A stretch of 14,760 nt of DNA from a bacterium (GTDB lineage Bacteria; Zhuqueibacterota; Zhuqueibacteria; Zhuqueibacterales; Zhuqueibacteraceae). The stretch is from NCBI GenBank assembly GCA_044869275.1, contig JBIOXB010000173.1:1-14760 (forward strand), read 5' to 3'. Positions 1 to 8,415 of the stretch are shown here, piece after piece (the first letter of the stretch is position 1; each line of letters begins with the position of its first letter). Under the pieces are notes generated by a model. That model had not been told where the DNA came from, ran no database searches, and saw only the letters and a program-made list of their open reading frames with translations. The translations under genes were made by a program, and so were the position numbers.

Positions 1-668
1 TTGAAAAGGCCGGTGCGGGAATTGAGGTTGTGCAAGACCGCGCCGGCGATAATCCAGAGAGCTCCCTTCCGGTCTTCATATATGCGCCTGACATAGGGAT
101 GGCCCAGCTTCTGCGGATTTTGAGGATCGTGCTGATAGCGAATGAATTTTTCCGTTTCCGGATCAAAAGCGTTCAATCCCGCGTAAGTGCCGATCCAAAT
201 CGTGCCCAAGGCATCACAATAGAGATCGTGAATGTAATCATTCGAAAGACTCAGAGCATCGTTTTGCCGATGTTTGTAGCGTGTGAATTTTCCACTCTTG
301 CGGTCGAATTTGTTGAGCCCTTCGCCGCCAGTGCCGAACCACAGCGTGCCGTTGCGATCTTCCGCAATTCCGTTGACGTTATTATAAGACAAACTGTTCG
401 TATCGCCGGGGTCATGCTTATAATATTTGAAGCTGTAGCCATCGTAGCGATTGAGGCCGTCCGCCGTGCCGAACCATAAAAAGCCCCGGCTATCTTGAAA
501 GATGACGTTCACCGAGCATTGCGATAGGCCGCCCAGCTCAACGGAGACGTGTTGAAATTTGAAATCGGTGCTGCGAGGCGTTTGAGCTTGAAGCGGCCAA
601 GCAATACAGATCGCCATAGCGGTGGGAAGGAACGTGGAAAAACTTGAATTTCCCCGCAACATAAACAT
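1..668 (-). CDS. Two-component regulator propeller (Reg_prop-type) domain protein, N-terminal part; likely the periplasmic sensor region of a sensor kinase or hybrid regulator; runs off the left edge
   Basis: Manual translation of the minus strand is open from ATG 668 (alternatives 662, 617) to the window edge: MFMLRGNSSFSTFLPTAMAICIAWPLQA-QTPRSTDFKFQHVSVELGGLSQCSVNVIFQDSRGFLWFGTADGLNRYDGYSFKYYKHDPGDTNSLSYNNVNGIAEDRNGTLWFGTGGEGLNKFD...LSNDYIHDLYCDALGTIWIGTYAGLNAFD...IYEDRKGALWI. It has a signal peptide and repeated 'LS.N.V..I..D..G.LW.GT..GLN.FD' blades. An in-frame upstream TAA lies at 683-681. The output domain is outside the window. Confidence 0.9.
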   Translation of the reverse strand, partial: MFMLRGNSSFSTFLPTAMAICIAWPLQAQTPRSTDFKFQHVSVELGGLSQCSVNVIFQDSRGFLWFGTADGLNRYDGYSFKYYKHDPGDTNSLSYNNVNGIAEDRNGTLWFGTGGEGLNKFDRKSGKFTRYKHRQNDALSLSNDYIHDLYCDALGTIWIGTYAGLNAFDPETEKFIRYQHDPQNPQKLGHPYVRRIYEDRKGALWIIAGAVLHNLNSRTGLF

Positions 669-730
669 GAGCCTGGTGTATTATGGAGCCTTGAAAGTCA
701 CTCCGTCGCATAAATTGTTGGAATATACCG

Positions 731-762
731 ACAGATCTTGTTCGCTGGCGAACACTATCTGT
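731..762. promoter_or_regulatory. 32-bp imperfect palindrome, candidate transcription-factor operator or enhancer (UAS)
   Basis: ACAGAT-ct-TGTTCGC-tg-GCGAACA-ct-ATCTGT; 13 of 16 positions pair symmetrically; located in the divergent intergenic region. Confidence 0.55.
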
Positions 763-831
763 AATATCTGCGGATACTTGGCTGTTTTTCCAGCTGGAGG
801 AATGGTGAGATAAACTTATAAAAAACAAAAA

Positions 832-846
832 TGGCATGGGGGTTGA
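832..846 (+). promoter_or_regulatory. Putative sigma-54 (-24/-12) promoter for the permease array
   Basis: TGGCATG-GGGG-TTGA versus consensus TGGCACG-N4-TTGC: exact spacing, with A instead of C at -12. It is preceded by an A-rich tract (about 810-831) and lies about 75 nt upstream of ATG 920. Confidence 0.5.
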
Positions 847-908
847 GTTCTCAGAGTCTACAGTTTGTGTACTTTGCCTCGTGAATTACTAAGCCCGAAT
901 CACGCCTC

Positions 909-913
909 AGGAG
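909..913 (+). promoter_or_regulatory. Shine-Dalgarno of permease 1
   Basis: AGGAG, 6 nt before ATG 920. Confidence 0.8.
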
Positions 914-919
914 CCCTTC

Positions 920-3346
920 ATGTTCAAGAACCATCTCAAAATTGCTCTGCGCCATCTGCTAAAATACAAAGCCTATACTTTTCTGAACGTCGCGGGCCTG
1001 GCCATTGGACTGACTTGCTGCGCGCTGATTATGCTGTACGTGCGTGACGAGCTGAGTTACGATCTCTTTCATGAGAATGCCGATCGCATTTATCGCGTGA
1101 TCTTGGACGCCGGAATTGGCGGCACCTTTGTACGCACGGCGACCACCGCGGCACCGTTGGCGGCGACGCTGGTACAGGAGTTTCCGGAAGTCGCCCACGC
1201 CACTCGCTTTTGGCAAAGCCAGCGGGTATTGATCAGCTATGAAGACCGGCGTTTTTATGAAGAATTCAATTGGACGGATTCCACGGTCTTTGCCATGCTC
1301 AGTTTTCCGCTCGTGCAAGGCGATGCGAAAACGGCGCTGGCACAGCCCAATGCGCTGGTCATTTCCACCGCCATGGCGCAGAAATACTTCGGCAATGAAA
1401 ATCCCATGGGCAAAGTGCTGCGCTATGACAATCGCGTGGACTACAAAGTCACCGGCGTGATGAAGAACATTCCGAGCCAATCGCATTTTCGCTTTGATTT
1501 TCTCGGCTCCATGCTCTCGCAGCCTGAGGGCAACAGCACGCGTTGGGTCAGCAATTCCTTTTACACTTACATTCTGCTGCGACCCGGCGCGACGCCGGCG
1601 CAGCTCGAATCCAAATTTCCCGCTTTGATCAAAAAATACGTAGCGCCACAGCTTCAGCAGGCACTGGGCAAGTCATTTGACGAAGCGATTGCCGCGGGCG
1701 CGAAATGGGACTATGAGCTGCAAGCGCTGCCGGATATCTATCTACACTCGAACACGCAGCACGAAATCGGCGTTACCAGCGACGCGAAATACGCCTACAT
1801 CCTTACAGCCATCGCGGTGTTTGTGTTATTGATTGCCTGCATCAATTTCATGAATCTGGCCACGGCACGTTCGGCCAATCGCGCCAAAGAAGTGGGCATG
1901 CGCAAAGTGCTGGGCTCGTTTCGCGGCCAATTGGTCAAACAATTTCTCAGCGAATCCGTGTTGCTGGCGCTGCTCGCCTTGCTGATCGCTCTGGCCAGCA
2001 TCGACTTGCTGCTGCCCATGTTCAACAATATCGCCGGCAAAGAACTGTCATTACGTTTTAACGCCGGCTTACCTTTTATCATTGGTCTCCTGGGCGTGAC
2101 GCTCGGCGTCGGCCTCCTGGCCGGCATTTATCCTGCCTTGGTGTTATCCGGTTTTCAACCGGTTGCAGTTTTAAAAGGAAGCTTGCGCGCGGGTGCAAAA
2201 AACCCGCGGCTGCGCAGCGTGCTCGTGATCGCGCAATTTTCGATTTCGATCGTGCTGCTCATCGGCACCGGTGTGGTGTTTCAACAATTGGAATTTATGC
2301 GCAACAAACGCCTGGGCTTCAAGCAGGAGCAGGTCGTGGTGCTGCCGATCGAAACCGGCATGGCACAGCAACGGTTTTCCGCTTTCCGCGAGGAGTTACT
2401 GGCGCATCCGAAGGTTGTTGGCGTCGCCGCCTCCGACGTCGTGCCCGGCCGTTTCGAAGGTGATGATGCCTTTCGCCCCGAGGGCGCTCCGCAAGAGGTG
2501 GCCTACCCATTGGAACGACTGCGCGTGAGCCACGACTTTTTGCAGACACTCGAGATGGAAATCGCCACAGGCCGGGGTTTCTCGCGCGAGTTCGTCACCG
2601 ACACCTCCGAGGCGGTAATGATCAACGAAACCGCGGCGCGGCGCATGGGCATGACGCCGGAAAACGCCGTGGGCAAGAGATTGATCGAAATCGGAGTCAC
2701 GTCGGATGAGACCATCACCCGCACGATTATCGGCGTGGTCAAGGATTTTCATTTCGAATCCATGCATCGTGAGATCAAACCGGTGGTGATCTTCATGCAG
2801 GCTAACCGATTGTGGCGCGTCTCGGTCCGCATTCGGCCGGAAAATATGCCCGCCACGATAGCCTTCCTGCAAGAGAAATGGCAGGCTTTCGAGCCGGGTT
2901 ATCCCTGGCGCTACTTTTTTCTCGATGAAGATTTTGGCCGGCTCTTTCAAAACGAGGAAAGGCAGGCAAAAATCTTCGGCAACTTCACGATTCTGGCGAT
3001 CGTGATCGCCTGCTTGGGACTGTTCGGGCTGGCTTCGTTCATCGCCGAGCAGCGCACCAAGGAAATCGGCGTGCGCAAGGTTCTGGGGGCTTCGGTGCAG
3101 GGCATCGTCATGTTGCTTTCAAGAGATTTCACCAAGCTGGTGGGTATCGCCTTCCTCATTGCCGCGCCGGTGGCATATTTTGCGATGCAGCACTGGTTGC
3201 AGGACTTCGTCTATCGCACGGAGCTGCAACCTCTCATTTTCATTCTCGCGGGCGTGCTGGCATTGCTCATCGCTTGGTTGACAGTGGGTTATCAGGCCAT
3301 CAAGGCGGCGCTGACGAATCCGGTGGAGGCGCTGCGATACGAATAA
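920..3346 (+). CDS. ABC transporter permease 1, MacB/FtsX family, internally duplicated (MacB periplasmic domain + FtsX) x2, 808 aa
   Basis: N-terminal MFKNHLKIALRHLLK..GLAIG, mid IACINFMNLATARSANRAKEVGMRKVLG, second-half [17 protein letters not shown]-terminal NPVEALRYE; two hydrophobic clusters and two large soluble loops; no Walker A/B motif. Confidence 0.95.
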   Translation: MFKNHLKIALRHLLKYKAYTFLNVAGLAIGLTCCALIMLYVRDELSYDLFHENADRIYRVILDAGIGGTFVRTATTAAPLAATLVQEFPEVAHATRFWQSQRVLISYEDRRFYEEFNWTDSTVFAMLSFPLVQGDAKTALAQPNALVISTAMAQKYFGNENPMGKVLRYDNRVDYKVTGVMKNIPSQSHFRFDFLGSMLSQPEGNSTRWVSNSFYTYILLRPGATPAQLESKFPALIKKYVAPQLQQALGKSFDEAIAAGAKWDYELQALPDIYLHSNTQHEIGVTSDAKYAYILTAIAVFVLLIACINFMNLATARSANRAKEVGMRKVLGSFRGQLVKQFLSESVLLALLALLIALASIDLLLPMFNNIAGKELSLRFNAGLPFIIGLLGVTLGVGLLAGIYPALVLSGFQPVAVLKGSLRAGAKNPRLRSVLVIAQFSISIVLLIGTGVVFQQLEFMRNKRLGFKQEQVVVLPIETGMAQQRFSAFREELLAHPKVVGVAASDVVPGRFEGDDAFRPEGAPQEVAYPLERLRVSHDFLQTLEMEIATGRGFSREFVTDTSEAVMINETAARRMGMTPENAVGKRLIEIGVTSDETITRTIIGVVKDFHFESMHREIKPVVIFMQANRLWRVSVRIRPENMPATIAFLQEKWQAFEPGYPWRYFFLDEDFGRLFQNEERQAKIFGNFTILAIVIACLGLFGLASFIAEQRTKEIGVRKVLGASVQGIVMLLSRDFTKLVGIAFLIAAPVAYFAMQHWLQDFVYRTELQPLIFILAGVLALLIAWLTVGYQAIKAALTNPVEALRYE

Positions 3347-3407
3347 GCATAGCGCAGAGAGCATGGCGCAAAGCAACACGCTATGCCCTCTGCCCTATGC
3401 GCCATGC
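3347..3407. repeat. Heptamer-periodic inverted repeat (spacer 1)
   Basis: GCATAGC GCAGAGA GCATGGC GCAAAGC | AACAC | GCTATGC CCTCTGC CCTATGC GCCATGC; 3347-3368 pairs with 3379-3400 (19/22 Watson-Crick plus one G-U); followed directly by SD AGGGAG 3408-3413. Confidence 0.9.
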
Positions 3408-3417
3408 AGGGAGAGCC

Positions 3418-5853
3418 ATGTTCAAAAACTACCTCAAAATCGCGCTGCGCAATTTGCTGCGGCACAAAGGTTATTCCTTGATCAACATCGCCGGCCTCGC
3501 GGTTGGGATTGCTTGCTGCCTGCTCATTTTGCTCTATGTGCAGGACGAGCTGGCTTATGACCGCCATCATGAGAAGGCTGGACAAATCTATCGCGTGGTC
3601 TTGGACGGGCGGCTTGCCGGCAAGGACTTCAATTTCGCGGTCGCGTCCGCGCCCTTGGCCGTGATACTCCCAAAAGAGCTGCCGGAAGTGCTGGCGTCAA
3701 CGCGGCTGCAGAATCGCTCCGGCATTTTGGTGCGTTATGGCGAAAAGCGTTTTACCGAAGATCGTATCTTCTACGCCGATTCGACGGTGTTCGGTGTTTT
3801 TACGATGCCTCTGCTTTTGGGCAATGCACAAACTGCGCTCGTGCAACCCAATGCCATTGTGCTGACCGCCACGATGGCGGCCAAATATTTCGGCGACGAA
3901 AGCCCTATCGGCAACACGCTTACGCTGGATAATCAAGATTACCAGATCACCGGTGTGATGCAGGATGTGCCTCGCCAGTCGCATTTCCATCCCGATTTCC
4001 TGGCCTCGATGGCGACGCTTTCAGACAGCCGCGACCAAAACTGGCTCAGCAACAATTTTTACACATACGTCGTCTTGCCCGCCAATGCGTCGGCGAAAGA
4101 ATTTGAAGCCAAGCTCGCAGCGGTGGTCAAAAAATATGCTGATCCGCAAGTCAAAGCTGCCGTGGGTTTCGGGTTTGACGAGTTCATCGCTTCCGGCGGG
4201 CGATACCGCTATCTTCTCCAACGCCTCACGGACATTCATCTGCATTCCAAGCTCGATGTCGAAATCGATCCCGCCGGGGCGGGAGACATCAAATACATCT
4301 ACATCTTTTCAGCGATTGCCGTTTTTATTTTGCTGATTGCTTGCATCAACTTTATGAATCTGGCCACCGCGCGTTCGGCCAATCGCGCCAAAGAAGTCGG
4401 CGTCCGAAAAGTGTTGGGCTCGTTTCGAGCCCAACTCGTCCAACAGTTTCTAAGCGAATCCATTCTTATAAGTTGCACCGCCCTGCTGATCGCCATCGGT
4501 TTGGCCGAGCTGCTTTTGCCAACGTTCAACCATCTCGCCGGCAAGCAGTTGCACGCCGGGTTTCTCGCCAGTAAACTGGCTCTCTTAGGCTTGATTGGAT
4601 TTGGGTTGCTGGTCGGCATCATCGCCGGTAGCTACCCCGCGTTCTTCCTCGCTTCCTTCCGGCCCGTCTCCGTCCTGAAAGGAAAGCTGCGGTCCGGAGC
4701 CGGAAGCAACCGGCTCAGAAGCGGGCTGGTGGTGTTTCAGTTTGCCATTTCCATAGCGCTGATCGCCGGCACGGCGGTCGTGCAGCAACAACTGCAGTAT
4801 GTGCAAAGCGAAAATCTCGGCTTTGACAAAGAACATGTGGTGGTCATTCAAAAAGCCGGCGAGCTGAAGCAACAAGGCCAGGCGTTCAAGCAAGAGTTGC
4901 TGCGATCACCCAACGTGATGAATGCCTCGGCTGCGAGCGACGTGCCCGGGAAATGGTTCGATAATACCACGGTGCAAGCCGAAGGCGCGCCGCCGGATCG
5001 GCTCGAGCTTTTCTGGTATTTGTCTGCCGACGAAGATTTCGTCAAAACGCTGGACATGAAAATCGCAGCCGGCAGAAATTTTTCCAAAGCGTTTTCAACG
5101 GATTCTTCCGCGGTGATCATCAACGAGACCGCCGGCAAGCGGCTGGGCTGGACGGATGCCGTTGGCAAAAAACTCGTTTTGCTGGGGCGAACGCCCGAAG
5201 AAAGTTTGAAGTTCACGGTGATCGGCGTGTTGAAAGATTTTCACTTTGAATCCCTGCGCCAGAAGATTCGGCCAATGGGTCTTTTCCTACAGGGCGGGCT
5301 GTCTTTCAGTCTCACGCCGGAGTGTGTCGCCGTTCGCATACGCCCGCAAAATCTGCCGGCGACGCTGGCATTTTTGGAAAACAAATGGCGGCTATTCGTT
5401 CCCCATCACCCGTTTGAGTATTCCTTCCTCGATGCCGATTTCGATGCGCTGTATCGTGCCGAGCAAAGAACCGGCAAAATCTTCGGCACTTTTTCTGCTT
5501 TGGCGATCTTCATTGCCTGTCTGGGATTGTTCGGTCTGGCCTCCTTCACGACCGAGCAGCGCACCAAAGAAATCGGCGTACGCAAGGTGCTTGGCGCGTC
5601 AGTTTCTCAAGTCGTCGTTTTGCTCTCGAAAGATTTCACCCGGCTGGTGTTGATTGCCCTGATGATCGCCGCGCCAGTGGCGTATCTCGCCATGAACCGC
5701 TGGCTGCAAGACTTCGCTTATCGTATCAACATCGGTGCCTGGACTTTTGTGCTGGCCGGAGGCCTCGCGCTCGTCATCGCGCTGCTCACCGTAAGCTTTC
5801 AATCCATCAAAGCCGCGCTGGCGAATCCGGTCGAGGCGCTGCGGTACGAATAG
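3418..5853 (+). CDS. ABC transporter permease 2, MacB/FtsX family, 811 aa
   Basis: Start reassigned from 3274 to ATG 3418 ([22 protein letters not shown] aligns with the paralogs). Same motifs as permease 1; ends NPVEALRYE. Confidence 0.95.
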   Translation: MFKNYLKIALRNLLRHKGYSLINIAGLAVGIACCLLILLYVQDELAYDRHHEKAGQIYRVVLDGRLAGKDFNFAVASAPLAVILPKELPEVLASTRLQNRSGILVRYGEKRFTEDRIFYADSTVFGVFTMPLLLGNAQTALVQPNAIVLTATMAAKYFGDESPIGNTLTLDNQDYQITGVMQDVPRQSHFHPDFLASMATLSDSRDQNWLSNNFYTYVVLPANASAKEFEAKLAAVVKKYADPQVKAAVGFGFDEFIASGGRYRYLLQRLTDIHLHSKLDVEIDPAGAGDIKYIYIFSAIAVFILLIACINFMNLATARSANRAKEVGVRKVLGSFRAQLVQQFLSESILISCTALLIAIGLAELLLPTFNHLAGKQLHAGFLASKLALLGLIGFGLLVGIIAGSYPAFFLASFRPVSVLKGKLRSGAGSNRLRSGLVVFQFAISIALIAGTAVVQQQLQYVQSENLGFDKEHVVVIQKAGELKQQGQAFKQELLRSPNVMNASAASDVPGKWFDNTTVQAEGAPPDRLELFWYLSADEDFVKTLDMKIAAGRNFSKAFSTDSSAVIINETAGKRLGWTDAVGKKLVLLGRTPEESLKFTVIGVLKDFHFESLRQKIRPMGLFLQGGLSFSLTPECVAVRIRPQNLPATLAFLENKWRLFVPHHPFEYSFLDADFDALYRAEQRTGKIFGTFSALAIFIACLGLFGLASFTTEQRTKEIGVRKVLGASVSQVVVLLSKDFTRLVLIALMIAAPVAYLAMNRWLQDFAYRINIGAWTFVLAGGLALVIALLTVSFQSIKAALANPVEALRYE

Positions 5854-5910
5854 CAAAGAGCAGAGGGCATAGCGCAGAGCGCTGAGGGTGCCATGCGCTC
5901 TGCGCTATGC
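5853..5910. repeat. Heptamer-periodic inverted repeat (spacer 2)
   Basis: GCAAAGA GCAGAGG GCATAGC GCAGAGC GCTGAGG | GT | GCCATGC GCTCTGC GCTATGC; perfect 16-bp stem 5867-5882/5895-5910; followed directly by SD AAGGAG 5911-5916. Confidence 0.9.
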
Positions 5911-5923
5911 AAGGAGAATCATC

Positions 5924-8329
5924 GTGTTCAATAACTACCTCAAAATCGCTTTCAGAAACTTGCTCAAACATAAAGCCTACTCGTGCATCAATATCGGCGG
6001 CCTGGCGCTCGGCATGACGTGTTGTCTTCTCATTCTGCTTTACGTGCAACACGAATTGAGCTATGACCGCTTTCATAGGCACGCGGACCGGCTCTATCGC
6101 ATTTTCTGGCAAAGCGGGAATCCCCAAACGCGGACGCCGCATCCGATGGCACAGGCGCTGGCAAAAGACTTTGCGGAAGTGGAGAGTGCGGTGAGCCTTT
6201 CGCCCGTCTGGGGGCCAGGTTTGACGCGTCCCCAATTCTCGATCCGATACGGCGACCAGCGCTTCGAGGAGCGAGAAGTGTTTTCCGCCGACTCCACCTT
6301 CTTCGAGCTGTTCTCCTTCAGGCTGCTGCAGGGAGATCCGAAAACTGCGCTGCGATCCCCGACTTCGCTGGTGATCACCGAACGGATCGCCAAAAAATAT
6401 TTTGGCGATGAAGAACCTCTGGGCAAAGTACTTACCGTCAACAACAGTGTCGATTTGAAAGTCACTGGCGTGTTGCAGAATATTCCCGCCAATTCTCATT
6501 TTCATTTTGAATTTCTAATCTCTTACGTGTTCTTGAAAATGCGGGAAACCGGCAGTTATTACGCCTGGGAAGATTTTGGCCACTACAACTATATCAAGCT
6601 CGCGCCGCATGCCGATGCGAAAGCCCTGGAAGCAAAAATTCCGGATTGGTTTCTCAAGTACAATGACTGGCCCGCCGGAGATGCGGAAGAACTCAAAAGC
6701 GGGCAGATCGCTTTTCGCTTGCAGCCGATCACCGCTATTCACTTGCGCTCGCACCTCAAATGGGAGCTCGAGTCGAATAGTGACATAGCTTATGTCTGGC
6801 TGTTTTCAGCGATTGCTATTTTCGTTCTGCTCATCGCCTGCATCAACTTCATGAATCTTTCCACCGCGCGCTCGGCAACCCGCGCCAGAGAAGTCGGTAT
6901 GCGCAAGGTGCTCGGCGCGTTTCGCCAGCAATTGATCGGGCAGTTTCTCGGAGAGTCCATCTTACTCAGCGTGATGGCACTGGTGTTGTCCATTATCGCG
7001 GTTGAGCTGTTGCTGCCATTTTTCAACTCGCTGAGCGGCAGAAGTTTGGCGGTCGATTATCGCGACCAGCCGTGGCTGCTTTTTGGGATTGGCGCTATGG
7101 CGTTGTGCGTGGGCATTATTTCCGGCAGCTATCCGGCCTTCTTTCTCTCCGCCTTGCCGCCCGTGCAGACCCTCAAAGACACGAGGAGATTTGGGATGAA
7201 AAGCGCACGCTTCCGCCAAATTCTCGTCGTAACACAATTCGCCATCTCCATCGCTTTGATCGCAGGCACAGGTATTGTCGCAGCGCAACTGGATTTTCTC
7301 AAGAACAGGAACCTGGGCTTCGACCAAGAGCAGATTGTGGTTGTTCCAATCAAAACCGATGCTATGCGGCGAAACTATGAAGCCGCGAAAGCCGAACTGC
7401 TGCGCGACCCCGACGTCGTGGGCATCACCGCCGTCTCCAACGTCCCGGGCGCGAGATTCAATCAAAATGAGATTTACTGGCAGGCTGCGGAAAACGAGCA
7501 AGACGTGTCGCAGGTGCGCGTGGATTACGATTTCTTTAAGACGCTGGGCATCAAAATCGCGGAGGGCAGAAGCTTTTCGCCGGCCAGGTCAACCGATTCG
7601 GCGTCCGCATTCATCCTCAATGAAACCGCGGCCCGCCTGTATGATTGGGAGACTGCCGTCGGCCAGGAGATCACCTGGCTTGATGACGACAGCACACGCC
7701 GGGGCGTGATCATCGGTGTGGCGAAGGATTTTCATTTTCAATCGCTGCACCACCGCATCGAGCCGTTGATTTTTCAAGTGCTGCCTGCGGGTTTCAATTA
7801 CTTTTTGGTGAAGATTGGCGGCCACGATATATCTCGCGCGCTCGCCAGCCTGGAGAAAAAATGGAAGGCATTCGAGCCGGATCGCGCGTTTGAATATTCT
7901 TTCCTGGACGAAGATTTCGCGGCGCTTTACCGCTCGGAAGAACACATGCAGGCCGTGGTCGGAGATTTTTCTTTTCTGGCGATTTTGATCGCGGGTCTCG
8001 GGCTGTTTGGCCTGGCGTCGTTTACCATGCAACAGCGCACCAAAGAGATCGGCGTGCGCAAAGTGTTGGGCGCCTCCGCGGCGAGCATCGTGCTGATGTT
8101 GTCCACCGATTTCACTCTGCTGGTGCTCGTGGCATTTATCGTGGCCAGCCCATTCGCCTATTTCGCGATGAATACCTGGCTGCAAAACTTCGCCTATCGC
8201 ACGGAAATCGGCCTCGGCGTATTTGTTTGGTCGGGTCTGCTGGCGTTGCTGATCGCGTGGCTCACGGTTAGTTTCCAAGCCTTCAAAGCCGCGCTGGCGA
8301 ATCCGGTCGAGGCGCTGCGGTATGAATAG
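5924..8329 (+). CDS. ABC transporter permease 3, MacB/FtsX family, 801 aa
   Basis: Start reassigned to GTG 5924 (SD AAGGAG; MFNNYLKIAFRNLLKHK). Motifs [53 protein letters not shown]. Confidence 0.95.
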   Translation: MFNNYLKIAFRNLLKHKAYSCINIGGLALGMTCCLLILLYVQHELSYDRFHRHADRLYRIFWQSGNPQTRTPHPMAQALAKDFAEVESAVSLSPVWGPGLTRPQFSIRYGDQRFEEREVFSADSTFFELFSFRLLQGDPKTALRSPTSLVITERIAKKYFGDEEPLGKVLTVNNSVDLKVTGVLQNIPANSHFHFEFLISYVFLKMRETGSYYAWEDFGHYNYIKLAPHADAKALEAKIPDWFLKYNDWPAGDAEELKSGQIAFRLQPITAIHLRSHLKWELESNSDIAYVWLFSAIAIFVLLIACINFMNLSTARSATRAREVGMRKVLGAFRQQLIGQFLGESILLSVMALVLSIIAVELLLPFFNSLSGRSLAVDYRDQPWLLFGIGAMALCVGIISGSYPAFFLSALPPVQTLKDTRRFGMKSARFRQILVVTQFAISIALIAGTGIVAAQLDFLKNRNLGFDQEQIVVVPIKTDAMRRNYEAAKAELLRDPDVVGITAVSNVPGARFNQNEIYWQAAENEQDVSQVRVDYDFFKTLGIKIAEGRSFSPARSTDSASAFILNETAARLYDWETAVGQEITWLDDDSTRRGVIIGVAKDFHFQSLHHRIEPLIFQVLPAGFNYFLVKIGGHDISRALASLEKKWKAFEPDRAFEYSFLDEDFAALYRSEEHMQAVVGDFSFLAILIAGLGLFGLASFTMQQRTKEIGVRKVLGASAASIVLMLSTDFTLLVLVAFIVASPFAYFAMNTWLQNFAYRTEIGLGVFVWSGLLALLIAWLTVSFQAFKAALANPVEALRYE

Positions 8330-8402
8330 CGTAGCGCAGAGGGCCTAGCGCATAGCGTAAAAGAAACGCCAGGCGCTGTGCCCTCTGCGCTATGCGCTCT
8401 GC
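8329..8402. repeat. Heptamer-periodic inverted repeat (spacer 3)
   Basis: GCGTAGC GCAGAGG GCCTAGC GCATAGC ... GCTGTGC CCTCTGC GCTATGC GCTCTGC; 16-bp stem 8329-8344/8380-8395 with one G-U; followed directly by SD AAGGAG 8403-8408. Confidence 0.9.
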
Positions 8403-8415
8403 AAGGAGATTCATC

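Noticed and set aside
30..479. 149-aa plus-strand ORF with apparent internal repeats (AEP, VIIR)
   Set aside because: Antisense shadow of the repetitive minus-strand propeller gene, which has the recognisable motifs and a signal peptide.
789..798. 10-bp palindrome TCCAGCTGGA, plus near-palindrome TATCTGCGGATA at 765-776
   Set aside because: Short enough to occur by chance; no independent support.
538..837. 99-aa minus-strand ORF and 63-aa plus-strand ORF 622..813
   Set aside because: They overlap the propeller gene start and the promoter region in other frames and have no recognisable motifs.
1250..1285. Permease 1 is one residue shorter at FYEE-FNWTDST than its paralogs
   Set aside because: In-frame single-codon indel in a variable region; no sign of pseudogenisation.
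3274..3417. N-terminal extensions of permeases 2, 3 and 4 given by the ORF track (starts 3274, 5888, 8392)
   Set aside because: They translate the hairpin spacers; SD positions and paralog alignment support 3418, 5924 and 8416.
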